Shown in pieces: positions 12,201-25,729 of a DNA stretch of 64,000 bases; within the stretch, counting starts at the first letter, position 1; every line of letters begins with the position of its first letter. This DNA comes from Mobula hypostoma (taxonomy: Eukaryota). Location: NCBI RefSeq assembly GCF_963921235.1, contig NC_086125.1, positions 21,576,001-21,640,000 on the forward strand, in the 5' to 3' direction. The notes under the pieces were generated by a model. It saw only the letters and a program-made list of their open reading frames with translations, ran no database searches and was not told the origin of the DNA. The position numbers and the translations under genes are program-made.

Positions 12201-13617
12201 AACGTACCGTACACAAATGCAAGGGTTTCTTTGCATTGTATATATTTATTTCTGTATATCTTTAATGATGAATAAAAATTGTTTGAAATAACAAAGACTA
12301 GCGGACACCTGAGAGGCAATGATGCTATAGTTTTAAAGGTGAACACTGCCCAATGTATTGTGCATGAATATAACATGTTTTGCACAGCGTATTCCCTTTT
12401 TTTAAATTATGAATAAAAGTTATTTTTAAACAAATGACTAATGGATGTACAGATTAACATACAGTGTCCTGATGGGAAACGTCGAATGTTTATTTCTCTC
12501 CATAGCTGCTGTCTGACTTGCCGAGTTCCTCCAGGCATCTGCAGACTCTCCTGTGTTTGACGGGCATACTGTTCATCTAATTTTGTCTTTCCACGCTAAA
12601 TTTAAAATCAAAAGTGAATACTTTTATTTGGACTAGATGTCCTTATATTTAGGCATGCTAGCAGGAAAGGTTTAAACCTCTTTAAAGACATTTCCCCTAG
12701 ATTTCCAGCATCTGCTATTTCTCTTGATTACTGAATTTGATACATTACTTAAGTGAAAAACTTTGATTTTCAGGTCATGCAAGCATATATTATGGAATGG
12801 CCCTTCATCTGCACCGGGCCATGGTTTTCATAAGAATAGAAAAGATGCTACCTCACATCTTGTGATAAAGGTTTGATTCTGAACAGGACTATAGCAAGAC
12901 ACCTTCTATCATCTTCCCCCTTCCTTTCACCCTGAAGAAGTGTCTCAACCGGAGCAAGACGTCAACTGTTTATTCATTTCCATAGATGCTGCCTGACCTG
13001 TCGAGTAGCTCCACCATTTTGTGTGTGATGCTTTGGATTTCCAGCACCTGCAGATATTCTCATTGTTTCAGACTGAAGAATTTGCATATTCTTCCACATG
13101 GCAAGTTGCAGCAAAGTTCCTTGTTTGGACAATGATATAACCTTAACAAACCGTGCCTTGTTCTTGGATTCCCATGCTTATCGCTCTGGTGAAACAGTGT
13201 TAGTTACAAGCTCAAGCTCCAGACATTTTAGTAGGTTAGGGTTCAGGTGGGTCTCTGCTGAATTTAGTTTTTGCAGAACTATAGTTTCGGTTGGATTTGT
13301 GATCATGGTTGTGGTTATCTGTTAATGCAATTATATCCCCTAGAGTGGTCATGATCCCAGCGTAGCAATCAGGTAATTTTCTGCTTAGAGTTAAACTTGA
13401 CAAGCCTAAATTCCATTCAAAGGGTCAAATACTACAGCGCTAACCATCTAGCAACCAACCATAACTTTGATGAGCTGCATATTTGGAGTAGACACGGCTA
13501 ATGCACCAAGGTAGTATTAAGCCGTTCAGATTTTGTCAAGAATACCAAATAATGACTTCTATGTTACTTTTCTTATCCCATTAAGCACGGTATCATGAGC
13601 ACCATAAAGGGCGTGAC

Positions 13618-14640
13618 TGTTACAAACTCAGCTATCTGACACGAGGTTTTGTATTAACAGACAATCACAACTACATGCAAACAGTTTGGACAAGCATTGA
13701 AAGATTTCAGACATGGGTAAGATGGCAATTTGCTGATTTGGAATGGTAAGAAGTTTCTTCTAAATTAATTCAGGAACCATAATCACTTCACCCAATGTAG
13801 TTATCATTTCAAAACTGTGATGATCTCCTGAGTTATTATGGACTGTGCCTTTAAAAAGAGAGAGAGAGAGCATGCAGCTGTACAGCACGAACAGCCTGCT
13901 ACACAGAGAGGGAGAGAGGGGCGAAGACTCCTCATGGGTTGCTTGTGACTTCTGCAAGGACACTGCCAGCTTCTGAGTTCCTACAGAGAGAGGGGAGGAG
14001 CTACATGATGGACAGCTGGTGTTCAGCACAACAGTATTTAAACTAGCATAGTTGCTTGTTTCATAGGACACCCAGAAGACAAGGACACGCAGACGCACTG
14101 TGTGGTGAAATTACCACTACACTTTCAGGTGCCCATGAGTGTGGGACTGAGGATTGATTAAGAGGAATCGATCTGTGATTATTAGTGCGTGACAGAGTGA
14201 CCTTGTTGAGTCTAGCAGTGTGTCTAACCCTTGTCTGGGTTGGTAGATTACCACTTGTAGACGGCGCTCTTAAATTGGTCAAGTTTGGCTAACTTGGAAG
14301 TTTCGGAGGACAACAGGAAGAACTGACGGCATCGGCTTATATGGACTACTAACCTCCCTCTTTCTCCACAATTCTACTCAACTCAATAACATGAACTGAA
14401 CTGACTTCGCTTACATACCATCGTAAGACTTTATCACTTACCACCTAAGCTTGAAGAAGTTTGGGTTTTATATTTCCACACCTATATATGCATAAACTTT
14501 GCAAACCTGGTTGATTTATCTAGTTTTATATTACTGTATTACGCAGTTAATGATAAAATGGAATTAATTAACAGCAAAACCAGACTCCAGGTGTGTTCCA
14601 TTTATGCTGGTTCTTTTAACCCGTTATGGGGTACGTAACA
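13618..14640 (+). mobile_element. Probable solo LTR (~1.0 kb)
   Basis: Termini TGTTAC...GTAACA; no clean TSD seen. Confidence 0.55.
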
Positions 14641-15094
14641 GCACAATGTAACTGTGACCAATCCTAGTAAAAGCCTGCGATAGGGCTGTCCAGTCCCAAA
14701 GTCAGTCACACTGATCACCTTTCAAAACTCTCTCTCCCAGGGTCAGATGGCCGGGATATCCTGCTCTATGGAAGGATCTGGAGTATAGTTAAAGCCTAAG
14801 TTCTACGATGTTGATCTAGGAGAGAGTACTGAGCTTGGTTCACTTATCTTTTCAGTGAAATTGAGGGTTTTGGTGATTGGTTTCAAGTTCCTTGCTGTAG
14901 GTAGTGGAGGACTTAAGCATATGGAGGACAGGGATCACTACTACAGTAAAACTATTACTTTGTTCTGTCTGCAGTCTTAATTTTCAAATAACCTTTTCCT
15001 CAATCAACTAAAAGCTGTACTAGTGCATCAGGAGCAAAAGGATAATCATCTTAAAGGTAACTATGAATGCAATATAATCACACTGTCAGATGAT

Positions 15095-15535
15095 GGGATG
15101 AAGTTCCCACTTGCTTCAAAAAGGCAACAATTGTGTCAGTGCCCAAGAAGAATAATGTGAGCTGCCTTAATGACTATTGCCAGGTAGCACTCATATCGAA
15201 AGTGATGAAATGCTTTAAGAGGTTGGTCATGATTAGACTGAATTCCTGCCTCAGCAAGGACCTAGACCCATTGCAATTTGCCTATCACCACAATAGGTCA
15301 ACAGCAGACGCAATCTCAATGGCTCTCCACACAGCTTTAGACCACCTAGACAACACAAGCACCTATGTCAGGATGCTGTTCATCGACTATAACTCAGCAT
15401 TTAATACTATCATTCCCACAATCCTGATTGAGAAGTTGCAGAACCTGGGCCTCTGTACCTCCCTCTGCAATTGGATCCTCGGCTTCCTAACTTCATGTCA
15501 CATGCCGGTGATAATAAATCTGATTCTGATTCTGA
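15095..15535 (+). mobile_element. Rex1/Babar LINE RT fragment fused to its 3' tail
   Basis: [18 protein letters not shown] and [14 protein letters not shown] motifs; (attctg)n tail. Confidence 0.85.
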
Positions 15536-16664
15536 ATAACCAATTAACAAGGAATATAGGCTAAGTTGAAATATGTTCATTTGCACATTGATATTTCCTG
15601 ACCTAAATACAGATTTAAATAATCTATTTAAATAATAACCTACTTTTCCATTTTCCTCCTAAGATTTATAACTTGATGCCTATTTACACCATCCCCATGC
15701 CCACAGTACTACTGAGCTTTGTGGTATATGCATATTTAGAAATATTGTAGTAAGTTTCCTCATCCAAACCATCAGTGATCAGTGATCACTGAAACGATTC
15801 CCTACAACAACCCATTCCTGTCACACAAAAGATCTGTTATTCCTTCTCTTTCTTGTTTGTCAATTAATTTTCAATCCATTGCAACTACATCCCAATCCCA
15901 CGCAGTTTAATTTTGTACACCGACCTATTTAAAGGATTAAAATTAGATTTATTTGTCACATGTACATCAAAACATTGTTACAATAACCAACATAGTCTGA
16001 GTATTGTGTTGAGCAGCCCATAAGTGTTGCCAACAGCATACCCACAACTCACCAACCCTGACGATACAGCTTTGGGATCTGGGAGGAATTGGGACACCCA
16101 GAGGAAATTCAGCAGTCATGGGATGAATGTACATACTCCTTACATATAGCAGCAGGAATTGAACTGATTGATGATCGCTGGTACTGTAAAGTGATGTGCT
16201 AACCATTACGCTATTGTGCTGCCCTATAATGTGGGGCTTCATCAAAGGTCATCATCAAGATCCAAATAGTTCTTTGCTTTCTATTCTACAATGACTGTGG
16301 CTCTGTATAAAGAGTCCTATTATGACATCCTTTTTACTAGAGTTTAGCACTTTTCCCACTAATTTTAGTTTAATCTGTCCATAGTTTCTAGTTTTCTTTC
16401 TCCTTTCCTCTTTAATAATGACATCTTCCAAAATGCAGGGACCACTGCATTATCCATTAAGATTTTAGAACATGAAAACAAATGAATCACTAATTTCATC
16501 GCTGCCTGTGGATTTAATGATAATCAGCTCCATCATTTTGTCCAGCACTATTTTCTTACACTAATTCCCTTTAGTTTCTGCTTTCAGCAGAATCATTTTC
16601 CTAGCATTCCAGGGCAGTTATTGTGTTCTTTTTAACAAAAGTTATTTCTTTGTTACCCATTGTT

Positions 16665-16929
16665 GGGGGCGCCTCAGTAGTGTAGTGATTAGCGCAATGC
16701 TGTTACAGCCCAGGGCTTTCCATAGTTCAATTCTGGTGCCGCCAGTAAGGAGTTTCTTATTCTCCCTGTGAGTCTGTGGGTTTCCTCCCACAGTCCAAAG
16801 ATGTTCCAGTTGGTAGGTCATTGTACATGGTCCTGTGATTAGGCTAGTGTTAAACTGCTGACTTGCTGGGCAACGCAGCTCATTTTGGCTGGAAGGCCCT
16901 GTTCTGCACTGCATCTCCAAATAAATAAT
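16665..16929 (+). mobile_element. V-SINE (HE1-like)
   Basis: Same head, V-domain and tail as 4567-4833. Confidence 0.7.
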
Positions 16930-17223
16930 GAATTCTTCCACTTTTGTCTTCACCAGTCTTTTTTTTCTGTCTTCATATTTGTAGTTTTTAAACCTTGGGC
17001 TTTCATCTCTTTGCAAGTTTACTCTCATACTTTTCTTGCTCTCCTAATCAATATGCTGGTTCTATAAAATAGGGAAATGTGGAAATGGTACATTTTGGCA
17101 ACAAAAGAAATAGTAGCTAATCTAACTGGCAAGTGTTTGCAGAGATTTGAGATGCAGAGAGATCTAGAATCAGGGAATTCTGAATCATACAGCACAAAAA
17201 CAGGTCATTTAGTCAGTACTAAC

Positions 17224-17748
17224 TGCTAGAGCAAGTTGTTTTGGGTAGATGACTTAAATGACTTTGGCCACCAGACTTCTATTTGATTGAGTCCACAACA
17301 ATGCACTTCCTAAAAAGGTGTGAATACCAAATGCTTCTGGCGCCATAGTTTGACCTGATGCTGTAGTTTCGAAGACAATATTATCTATACATTAGAAATA
17401 TTAATTGTCTTCTGTGTTAGCACAGGAAATGCCAAATAATTGTATCGTAGACTTAACTTGCATTCCTAAAGGCTGTGGATACCAACCCAGACATGCTAGC
17501 GTTGGAAGGAAAGGATAGTGTGATATTTTGTATGTAGCTTCAATAGGAAGCATTGTCTATAACTTTTTAAGTAGCGATTGCCTTTGTGTTTAGCATATAA
17601 ATAGAGCCCACATTGAGCTAGCAGACCTTTCTGCAGAAATCGTCTCCATCCATAAGATGCCTGCTGTACCTTGTTGTGTGGAATAAAGAAGCCGCTTTGT
17701 ATCTACCAGTGACTCTGTCTCTCCGGTGATTTCATCCACGCCACAACA
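17224..17748 (+). mobile_element. Solo LTR (525 bp)
   Basis: TG...CA termini, 5-bp TSD CTAAC (17219-17223, 17749-17753), AATAAA at ~17682; a related 3' end occurs at ~47990-48075. Confidence 0.7.
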
Positions 17749-18815
17749 CTAACCATTAACCATTGGTTAGGACTAACCATTAAGTATTCCTCATCAACGC
17801 CCCCCAGATTCTACTTCACCTCTACACTAGAAGCAATTTACTGTTGTCAATTAACTTTCCAGCAGCATGCTTTGGGACATGGGAAGAAGCCAGAGTATCC
17901 AGAAGAAGCCCATGCAGTAAAGAACATGCAACACCACATCAATAGTGCCTGAAGCCAAGCTTGAACACTGGACTCTGGTGCTGGGGTACCAGCTCTACTT
18001 GCAATGACACTGTGCTACCCAAATATACAATTCACTAGAGATTTATATAGCAGTATACCAAGTTATGAAAACCAAGTGTTAGTGCTAGAGAAGTTAAATA
18101 TAAAAGTAGAAAGGTTATACTGTATATTCACTTTAGCATTGAAGGCACCATATTTGGAATACTGTGCATGCTGGTCTCAGTATTTCAAGAAGAATGTTAA
18201 TATATTGGACGCAGTTCAGCTGTTTCTTGAAATAACAATTGGAACAGCTAGAATAAAATGCTCAGTTCTAACGCAGGGTCCTGACCTGAAAAGCCAACTA
18301 TCCCTTTACTTTCACAGATGTTCATGATCCACTGAGACCTCCAGTAGTGTTTTTTTGCTCCAGATCCCAGCATCTGGAGTCTGGTGTGTCTTCATGTGGA
18401 ATGGATGGGATCTAACAAGGAAAGAATGCCAGACTGGATTTGTGTCCACTGGAAAAAGACTCTACTTACTTAAAACATAAAACTAAGACAAATGTGGATA
18501 GGATGCTTCCTTTGCTGGAGAATTTAGAACAAAGGGTTATTGTTTAATAACATAGGCGCAGCCATTTAGAGAGAGGAAGCATTTCTTTCCTCCATAAGGA
18601 CTGTTTCCTCTAAGCTGAGCACATAGCCTTTATTGCCGCACAGCTGGAATTATCTTTCCAATAATGTTTTATTAAAGTGCTGCATCGTTTTCAGGCCATG
18701 TAAAAATTTCCTGTTCAGAGCAATGGTTGGTTCACTTAGCTGTAAAAAATAATTAAGAGGGATTGTTATCTGTGGGTCAATTCCTCAAATTACTGTGAAA
18801 AGTCTCTGAATGTTC

Positions 18816-20389
18816 TAGTGTTTATAAAAAGTATTCACCCCCCCCCCACCTTCAAAGTTTTCATGTTTTATTGTTTTACAACTTTGAATCACAGTGAATT
18901 TAATTTGGCTTTTTTGATACCTTCAACAGATAAACTTTCAGTTGGAAGAGTGAAAACAGATCTCTACAAAGTGATCTAACTTAATCAAATATAGAACACA
19001 AAATAATTGGTTTAAGTATTCACCCCCTTCAAGTCTGTATTTAGTAGATGCACCTTTGGCAGCAATTATAGCTTGAGTCCGTGTGCATAGGTCTATCAGC
19101 TTTGCAATTTTTCCCTATTCTTCTTTACAAAACTGCTCAAGCTCTGTCAGATTGCATGGGGATCAAGAGTGAACAGCCTTTTTCAAGTCCAGCCATAAAT
19201 TCTCAATTGGATTGTGGTCTGGACTCTGACTTGGCCACTCCAGGATATTAAATTTGGTGTTTTAAAGCCATTCCTGTGCAGCTTTGGCTTTATGCTTGGG
19301 GTCATTGTCTTGCTGGACAACATATCTTCTCCTAAGTTGCAATTCTCTTGCGGACCGCATCAGGTTTTCCTCCAGGATTCCCCTGTACTTTGCTGTATTC
19401 ATTTTACCCTCTACCTTCACAGGACTTCCAAGGCCTGCTGCAGTGAAGCATCCCCACGGCATGATACAACCACCACGCTTCACAGTAGGGATGGTGTATT
19501 TATGATGTGTGGTGTTTGGCTAATGCCAAGCATATCGTTTAAGTCTGATGGCCAAAACGTTCAATTTTGATTTCTTCAGAAGATTGAACCTTCTTCCAGC
19601 TGACTTCAGTCTCCCACATACCTTCTGGCAAACTCTAACCGAGATTTCATGAGAATTCCACCCCCCCCCCCCCAACAGTGGCTTTCTCTTTGCCACTCAT
19701 CCATAAAGCTGTGACTGGTGAAGCACCCGGGCAGTTGTTGTATGCATAGTCTCTCCCATTTCAGCCATTGAAGCTTGTAACTCCTCCGGAGTTATCATAG
19801 GTCTCTTGGTGGTCCCCTTCTTGCACGGTCACTCAGCTTTTGAGGACGGCCTGGTCTAGGCAGATATACAGCTGTGCCATATTCTTTACATTTCTTGATG
19901 ATTAACTTAACTGTACTCCAAGGGATATTCAGTGACTTGGAAATTTTCTTGTGTCCATCTCCTGACTCGTGATTTTTAATAACCTTTTTGCAGAGATGTT
20001 TGGAATGTTCTTTTGTCTTCATGATGTAGCTTTTGCCAGGATACTGACTCACCAGCAGTTGGACCTTCCAGGTACAGGTGCATTTTCAAAACAATCAATT
20101 GAAACACCTTGACAGCACACAGGTCTCCCAAAACAGATCTCCATTTAACTCATTATGTGATTTGGTAAGTCATATTAAAGTGGGGGGGGGGGGTGAATAC
20201 TTATGCAATCAATTATTTCGTGTTTTATATTTTTATTTAATTTAGATCACTTGTTTTCACTTTGACACAAAAGTCTTTTTCCGTTGATCAGTGTCAAAAA
20301 AGCCAAATGAAATCCACTGTGATTCAATGTTGGAAAACAATAAAACATGAAAATTTTCAAAAGGGAGTGAATACTTTTCATTGGCACTG
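18816..20389 (-). mobile_element. Tc1-like transposon (IR/DR type), near full length, transposase disrupted
   Basis: ~210-bp TIRs with repeated aagtattcacccc; HTH fragment MKTKEHS...LPRPGRPQKLS at 19795-20052; DDE fragment GGCIMPWGCF...QQDNDPKH at 19262-19483. Confidence 0.93.
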
Positions 20390-21284
20390 CAAATTAGGTA
20401 GAGTAAGATTGATATTTGGTAATGAAGGGAATGAAAAGGTGGATAAGAAAAAGAAATAACCAGGCTCCTCCAATCTGAGCTGATTCCACAACCCATAGAT
20501 TCACTTGCAAGATCTCTACAACTTATGTTCTCAGTATTATGCATGTTAATTTATTATTACAATTATTTGTTTTTATTTTGTATTTGCAGTTTGCCTTATT
20601 TTGCACATTGATTGTTAAGTCTTCGTGTTTGTAGTTTTTCATTGATTGTTAAATTCCTTTGTTCTATTGTAAATGCCTGCAAGAAAATAAACCTCAGGGT
20701 AGTATATAGTGACATATACATGCTTTGATAATAAATTTACTTTAAACATTTGAAGTGAGGTTACTATTAGGTTGGCATTGGTCTTATAAAGTGAAACCAC
20801 TTGAAGGACCCATCTTCAGTTCCTTAGCAAATCACAGATCAGATTTGCCTTCATTTGTTTAAAATGGAACACTGGAAATACTCATCTGCCAGACAATGTT
20901 GTGAAGGGAGAAATAGTTGTTTCAGACAGACAACTTCCATTTCCTGTAGTTGATTTCTGATTAGCTAAATAGAATGCAAAAGTTAATATACTTACCCATG
21001 ATGCATCACCTGCCCTGGCAGCTGGTAAAGGATTTGGTCAGCACGCTGTTCTTTTATGTGAAGAGAATACTTTGATACCAGAAATCAATTTACTCAGAAC
21101 TTCATTCAAAGAGTCACCCATTTAAAACAGAGGTAATCACTTAAGACAAAAATAGGAATTTCTTCTCTTAAAATTATGAGTCTTTGAAAGTGGAAGCAGT
21201 ATCTGTACTTTTTTTTTAAAAAAAAGACCGAGATAGACTGATTATCAAATGGGACAGAACATCACTGAAGGTCTACTGAAATAG

Positions 21285-21860
21285 TGTTACAGATAAATGT
21301 GGACAAAAATTAAGCCTGGGAATTTAGGGTCAACAAAATCAAGAAAATAGCAAGGTGAGGAGCAGATCTGGTTTGTCTTCTCATAATTTGCAATAAGTCC
21401 TGTTGGAAAAGAAGAACTAATGTTCATGGACATTCTGTGCAAAGAGAAACCCTTAGCCCTCAAGGCTACATGACCAAGTTTCTTATAATCAATGGTGAGG
21501 AACCATTGGCCTTCAAGACTACAAGACTAATGGCTTGGTTTTTTTTATAATTAATGTGGAGGTTCCTTCAGCCTTCAAGGCTGCAGGACCAATGGCTTTG
21601 TTTCTTCTAATTAATGGGGTACTGATTCTGTATGTGGGGACCTAGGTCTAATTTTGTGTAAGGTATGTCAGCATCTGGAAACTTTTCAATAAGACCTAAA
21701 CCAGCACTTTCAGCCCCTGAAAACTGAATTGCATGTATTCCAAAGGTTTAAAAGACCATGCTTGTGGTCACTTTAGCACAGTTGTAGCCAGACCTCTGTG
21801 ATCAGGTAATAAAGTAATTAAACCAAATACCATGGTCTGTATCTTTAAGTCTAACTAGCA
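21285..21860 (+). mobile_element. Solo LTR (576 bp) with three internal ~55-60-bp repeats
   Basis: TGTTA...TAGCA termini, 4-bp TSD ATAG (21281-21284, 21861-21864), AATAAA at ~21808; repeats at 21450-21620. Confidence 0.6.
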
Positions 21861-22671
21861 ATAGTAAATTTCTGTTAATAAGCCACAGCAGCTATCATGT
21901 ATTTGCATTGCAAAGTAGAAGCAATAGCCATTCTGATCCAAATTTATATACTTAACCATGAAGTTACATTTCCAGATGCAAGGTATTGGCAAACAATTCG
22001 AGGGGGTTCAACAAAATGCCTTAGTTCAAGATCGATCCCCTTGTGTCCTTATGTGGCATGGGAGAGATAGTGAGGAAGTTGTTTGTGAAAGTAATCTTCT
22101 ACACTTTACATTTTCCTTACTTGATAGATTGGAATTTAATAATCTGATTATAGAATTACATCTGTGCCCCTGCAAAAGGGCCTGCCTATGGGTTATTTCA
22201 ACCACCCATTCTACTCACTGCAAGATAGTCTTTTATCCTTGCAATATCATTTCCCAGTGCTATTCAAACAGATTCAAACTATTCTAGATATAGATCCATG
22301 TCCTGAAAATGCACAAATGATTTGCAATGAGAACTGACAATCATTTGTGTAATAATCACATGACCACTACTCTGGTCATTTAAGGGACATGGACTAAACC
22401 AGGGGTTCCAACCATTTTTATGCATTAACCAAGGGTCATGGACCCCTAGACAGTACGTTAATATTATTGATCAAAATCTGGTTTAGAGTGAACAAAGAGG
22501 GGATACATTAGGGATAGTTAAGATATGCACATGGATAATTAAAAAAATTGTGGGGGAACGTGGGGGTGGGGGTGGGGAAGACAGCACTATGTGGGAGGGA
22601 AGAGTTAGCACAACATTGTGGGCCAGAGGGCCTGTACCGTTCTAGGTACATGAACAGCATTACTGTTGCAA

Positions 22672-22925
22672 TTTATTATTTATTGAAATGTGGTCCCTTT
22701 GAGCAGCGCCACTCTGATTCAACCCTAGCCAGATCACAGGACAATTTACAATGACTAATTAACTTACCAACTGGTAGGTCTTTGAACTGTGGGAGGAAAC
22801 TAGAGCACCCAGAGAAAACTCATGTGACCACGGGGAGTATGTACAAATTCCTTACAGGCGGCAGCACGAAAAGAACCCAGATCACTGCGACTGTAAAGTG
22901 TTGTGCTAACCACTGCACTACATGA
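22672..22925 (-). mobile_element. V-SINE (HE1-like)
   Basis: Reverse-strand copy (ggacaatttacaatgac...ctgtgggaggaaac). Confidence 0.65.
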
Positions 22926-23135
22926 TCCAGCAATTTATCACCTTTCTCTTAGCTTACATGTTTACTTAATCATCCTACCCTCTAACACACAAGCTATTCT
23001 TTTAAAAAAAGAGGACGTCATTGTTTACAACACCTATACGTTCTACAACTTTCAATTAGCACATTCACTTTCATGGGCTGAGAACATTCCTTTAACAGTA
23101 CAGATTACCACATCAGTCCAATTATAGAAAGAATG

Positions 23136-23141
23136 TTTATT
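23136..23141 (-). terminator. Candidate polyadenylation signal (AATAAA) of the AKAP8L-like gene
   Basis: First AATAAA on the minus strand, about 250 nt after the stop codon. Confidence 0.6.
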
Positions 23142-23390
23142 GTAAAATGTTCCACACAAAGATTGAGGAGAGATTACGGTCTACATTATGAAAAGCCATT
23201 CAGTACAGTACATAGGAAGCATTTACTAGACTCTTGAAACTATGAAACAATCAGCTGGAACTCAAGTACAGCAATAACAAATCTACTTGCAAGTTCAAAA
23301 CAACGAAAAACGTTAAAACTAATATTGGCTTCGGAGAATGACAGGGGAATATGATCATTTGTCCACATCAATTCAGGAAGTCACGCTAAG

Positions 23391-23822
23391 TTACTCTAAA
23401 TCTGTATCAAATGGTAATGCATCAACCTCTCCCTCCAGAATCTTATCTTCATCGCCTTCAAGACACTCCTCTGGGTCCTTGCTTGCATCATCGTCTGCTT
23501 CTCCTAAGTCTTCTTCAGCTTCAGGGTCTCCCTCTGTCTCCTCCATTTCTTCATCCATTGTATTAACTGGTTCCTCAGATGCATCTATTCCTTCTTCTAT
23601 GGTGATGTTCTCTTCCCCATATTCACCCTCACCACCCTCATCTTCTCCCTCCCCACCTTCTCCCTCTCCTTCACCTTCTCCCACATTCTCTCCACCTTCT
23701 TTCTTCTCACCCTCATTGGTACTATCGTTGAGCCCATCATCCTCAGCATCACCTTCACCCTCGTGCAATCCTCCCTCCTCTTCATCTTTGTCATCTGGAT
23801 CATCGGTGAATGGTTTTTCACC
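23391..23822 (-). CDS. AKAP8L: AKAP8L-like terminal exon 13 (GEKPFTDD... acidic Glu/Gly tail ...FDTDLE*)
   Basis: GExPFT motif after acceptor ctacag; 432 nt to TAA at 23393-23391. The 13 exons sum to 1929 nt (642 aa plus stop). Confidence 0.92.
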   Translation of the reverse strand, partial: GEKPFTDDPDDKDEEEGGLHEGEGDAEDDGLNDSTNEGEKKEGGENVGEGEGEGEGGEGEDEGGEGEYGEENITIEEGIDASEEPVNTMDEEMEETEGDPEAEEDLGEADDDASKDPEECLEGDEDKILEGEVDALPFDTDLE

Positions 23823-24355
23823 CTGTAGAATTAATCATAACAAATAAAATTCACTATAGTTGACTGGTAATCTAAGGTTTACCACCAAAGGGGTATCATC
23901 CAGAAAGTATAGTCCTTTTACAAGAGGCACCATTTTGTTCCCGAACTTTCATAAATCAAAACCTACTTTCAAACAGAAATCCTGGGTATCGAAACTAAAT
24001 GCCTTCTTCATTTCAGAACTAGTTTTATTTGTATGAAGTATAACAATATTACTTGAAAAATGTTTACACAAGCTATATTCAAAAATTAGTGTTGGTGCCA
24101 GAACAGTTATATCAATACCAGCAAGCACAAAGGAAACAATGATTTGTAATCAAAGTAAAAAGTTTAATGCTTTGGGGAACAGTGCTCAAAGCTAACAAGT
24201 TATTGGGATAACGCAACAGAAGTTTGTCCCAAACCAAACAGGAATAGAGTCATAGAATACTACTACAGAACAGAAACACACCCTTCAGCCCAAATACACA
24301 ATTCTGGCTCCAAAATTATGGGAAAGCAGACACTATATAAAAATAACATTCTTAC

Positions 24356-24451
24356 CTTGACATATTTCTCTAACATTGTTGCGATGTTGCTGTTATTCAG
24401 AATGCTCTTGGCAATAACCAAGCTACCATTTTTGGCTCTGTAAAGAGCAAG
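24356..24451 (-). CDS. AKAP8L: AKAP8L-like exon 12 (LALYRAKNGSLVIAKSILNNSNIATMLEKYVK, 96 nt)
   Basis: AKSILNN...LEKY motif; acceptor ctttttag, donor AAG|gtaag; phase 0-0. Confidence 0.93.
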
Positions 24452-25598
24452 CTAAAAAGGGGCAACATAGCATAAACATTGTTAAAATGTGACAGTTCAG
24501 ACTATGAAAATGTTCTTTTCAGAGAAAAGCAAATACTTGAGTACTTTTCGTTAGAAAAATAAATCGAAGTTACCGGTTGCTAGTATACATAATGTTTAGC
24601 AAAGTGTACACTCCTCATTGCTGCTCACTCAAATTTTCCCCAGAACTGAGATTTCAAAATAATGTAATTTTCAATTGCCAAAGTTTTACTAGGCAGAGCA
24701 GTGGGACTACCTATATTGCTCATGTAGAATCAGTACCCACTGGAGCAGCTGTGTTTCAACCAGCCTGTGATGATTCAACTGCCTGTCAGAATTTATAGAT
24801 AGCAAAAAGGACAGCAGTTCCATTGTTTCAGTACAGCCCTGCTTTATAATTTTAACTAAAATAACACCCTATTGTAAAATTCCCACTGTCATTAGTGCTG
24901 GGAAAGCATGTGTGCTTGGAAAGAGTCAAGAGATGATGTGTGGGAGAAGAGACTTCACAACGAACCCTACTTCATTTAAAACATCTCTACCTCCTTGGAG
25001 TTAAATCAGTAGTTTGATGCCTGCTTGTCATCACAGCCAGGCAGCTCAGGTAACTGCAGCAACCACAGGCAAGGCAGTTATAGGCGACAAAATACCGTAA
25101 GCCATTGGAAAATGGTGAAAGTACAAGTCTGGCTGTGCATTCTACCCCCACTCCTCCCTTCAAATGAGAGCAGGAACATATCAGTGCAAGATAGCATGAC
25201 TGACCATGGGAGTTTGGGAGAAGTGTTGGAAGTAGATGATTTTGAGAAGTGAACAGGGTACAATGACAGGGTAGTTAGTACTGCTGCTTCACAGATGCAC
25301 TGGCTTGGCTCCAATCCTGATCTCAGGTGCCACTCTACATATTCTCTGTGACCACCAGGGTTTCCCCCATGGTGCTCTAGTTTTCTTAAACATACCAATA
25401 AGTTAGTTGCTTACCTTACAGTATACAAGATAGCAAGAGAATCAAAGGGAAGCTGATCAGAGAAATTATCCTGTAGGGTGCAGGTAAAGGGAAGGCGCGG
25501 GGGGGAGATAGGAATAACGGAATGGCTCTGTTGGGAGCTGGCATGAACTCGACGAGGCGCATTGTGGTGCTCCGTTTATTTTGAAACTGTTCACTTAC

Positions 25599-25729
25599 TT
25601 TTCGGTTCCTGATGTGGTCAGGTGACCTTAAATGTTGTCCAATGAAGCCAGTCTGCATTGGGATGAAGAGATCACAAGCCATGCAATGAGCTGCCTCCAC
25701 CTTCTTCATGCACTGCTCCATACCAAAAC
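25599..25729 (-). CDS. AKAP8L: AKAP8L-like exon 11, zinc finger 2 (GFGMEQCMKKVEAAHCMACDLFIPMQTGFIGQHLRSPDHIRNRK)
   Basis: KKVEAAHCxACDLFIPMQ signature; acceptor tgcag, donor gtaagt; 131 nt, phase 1-0. Confidence 0.96.

Noticed and set aside
23338-23847. 169-aa Ser/Pro-rich plus-strand ORF
   Set aside because: Antisense shadow of the Glu/Gly-rich terminal exon.
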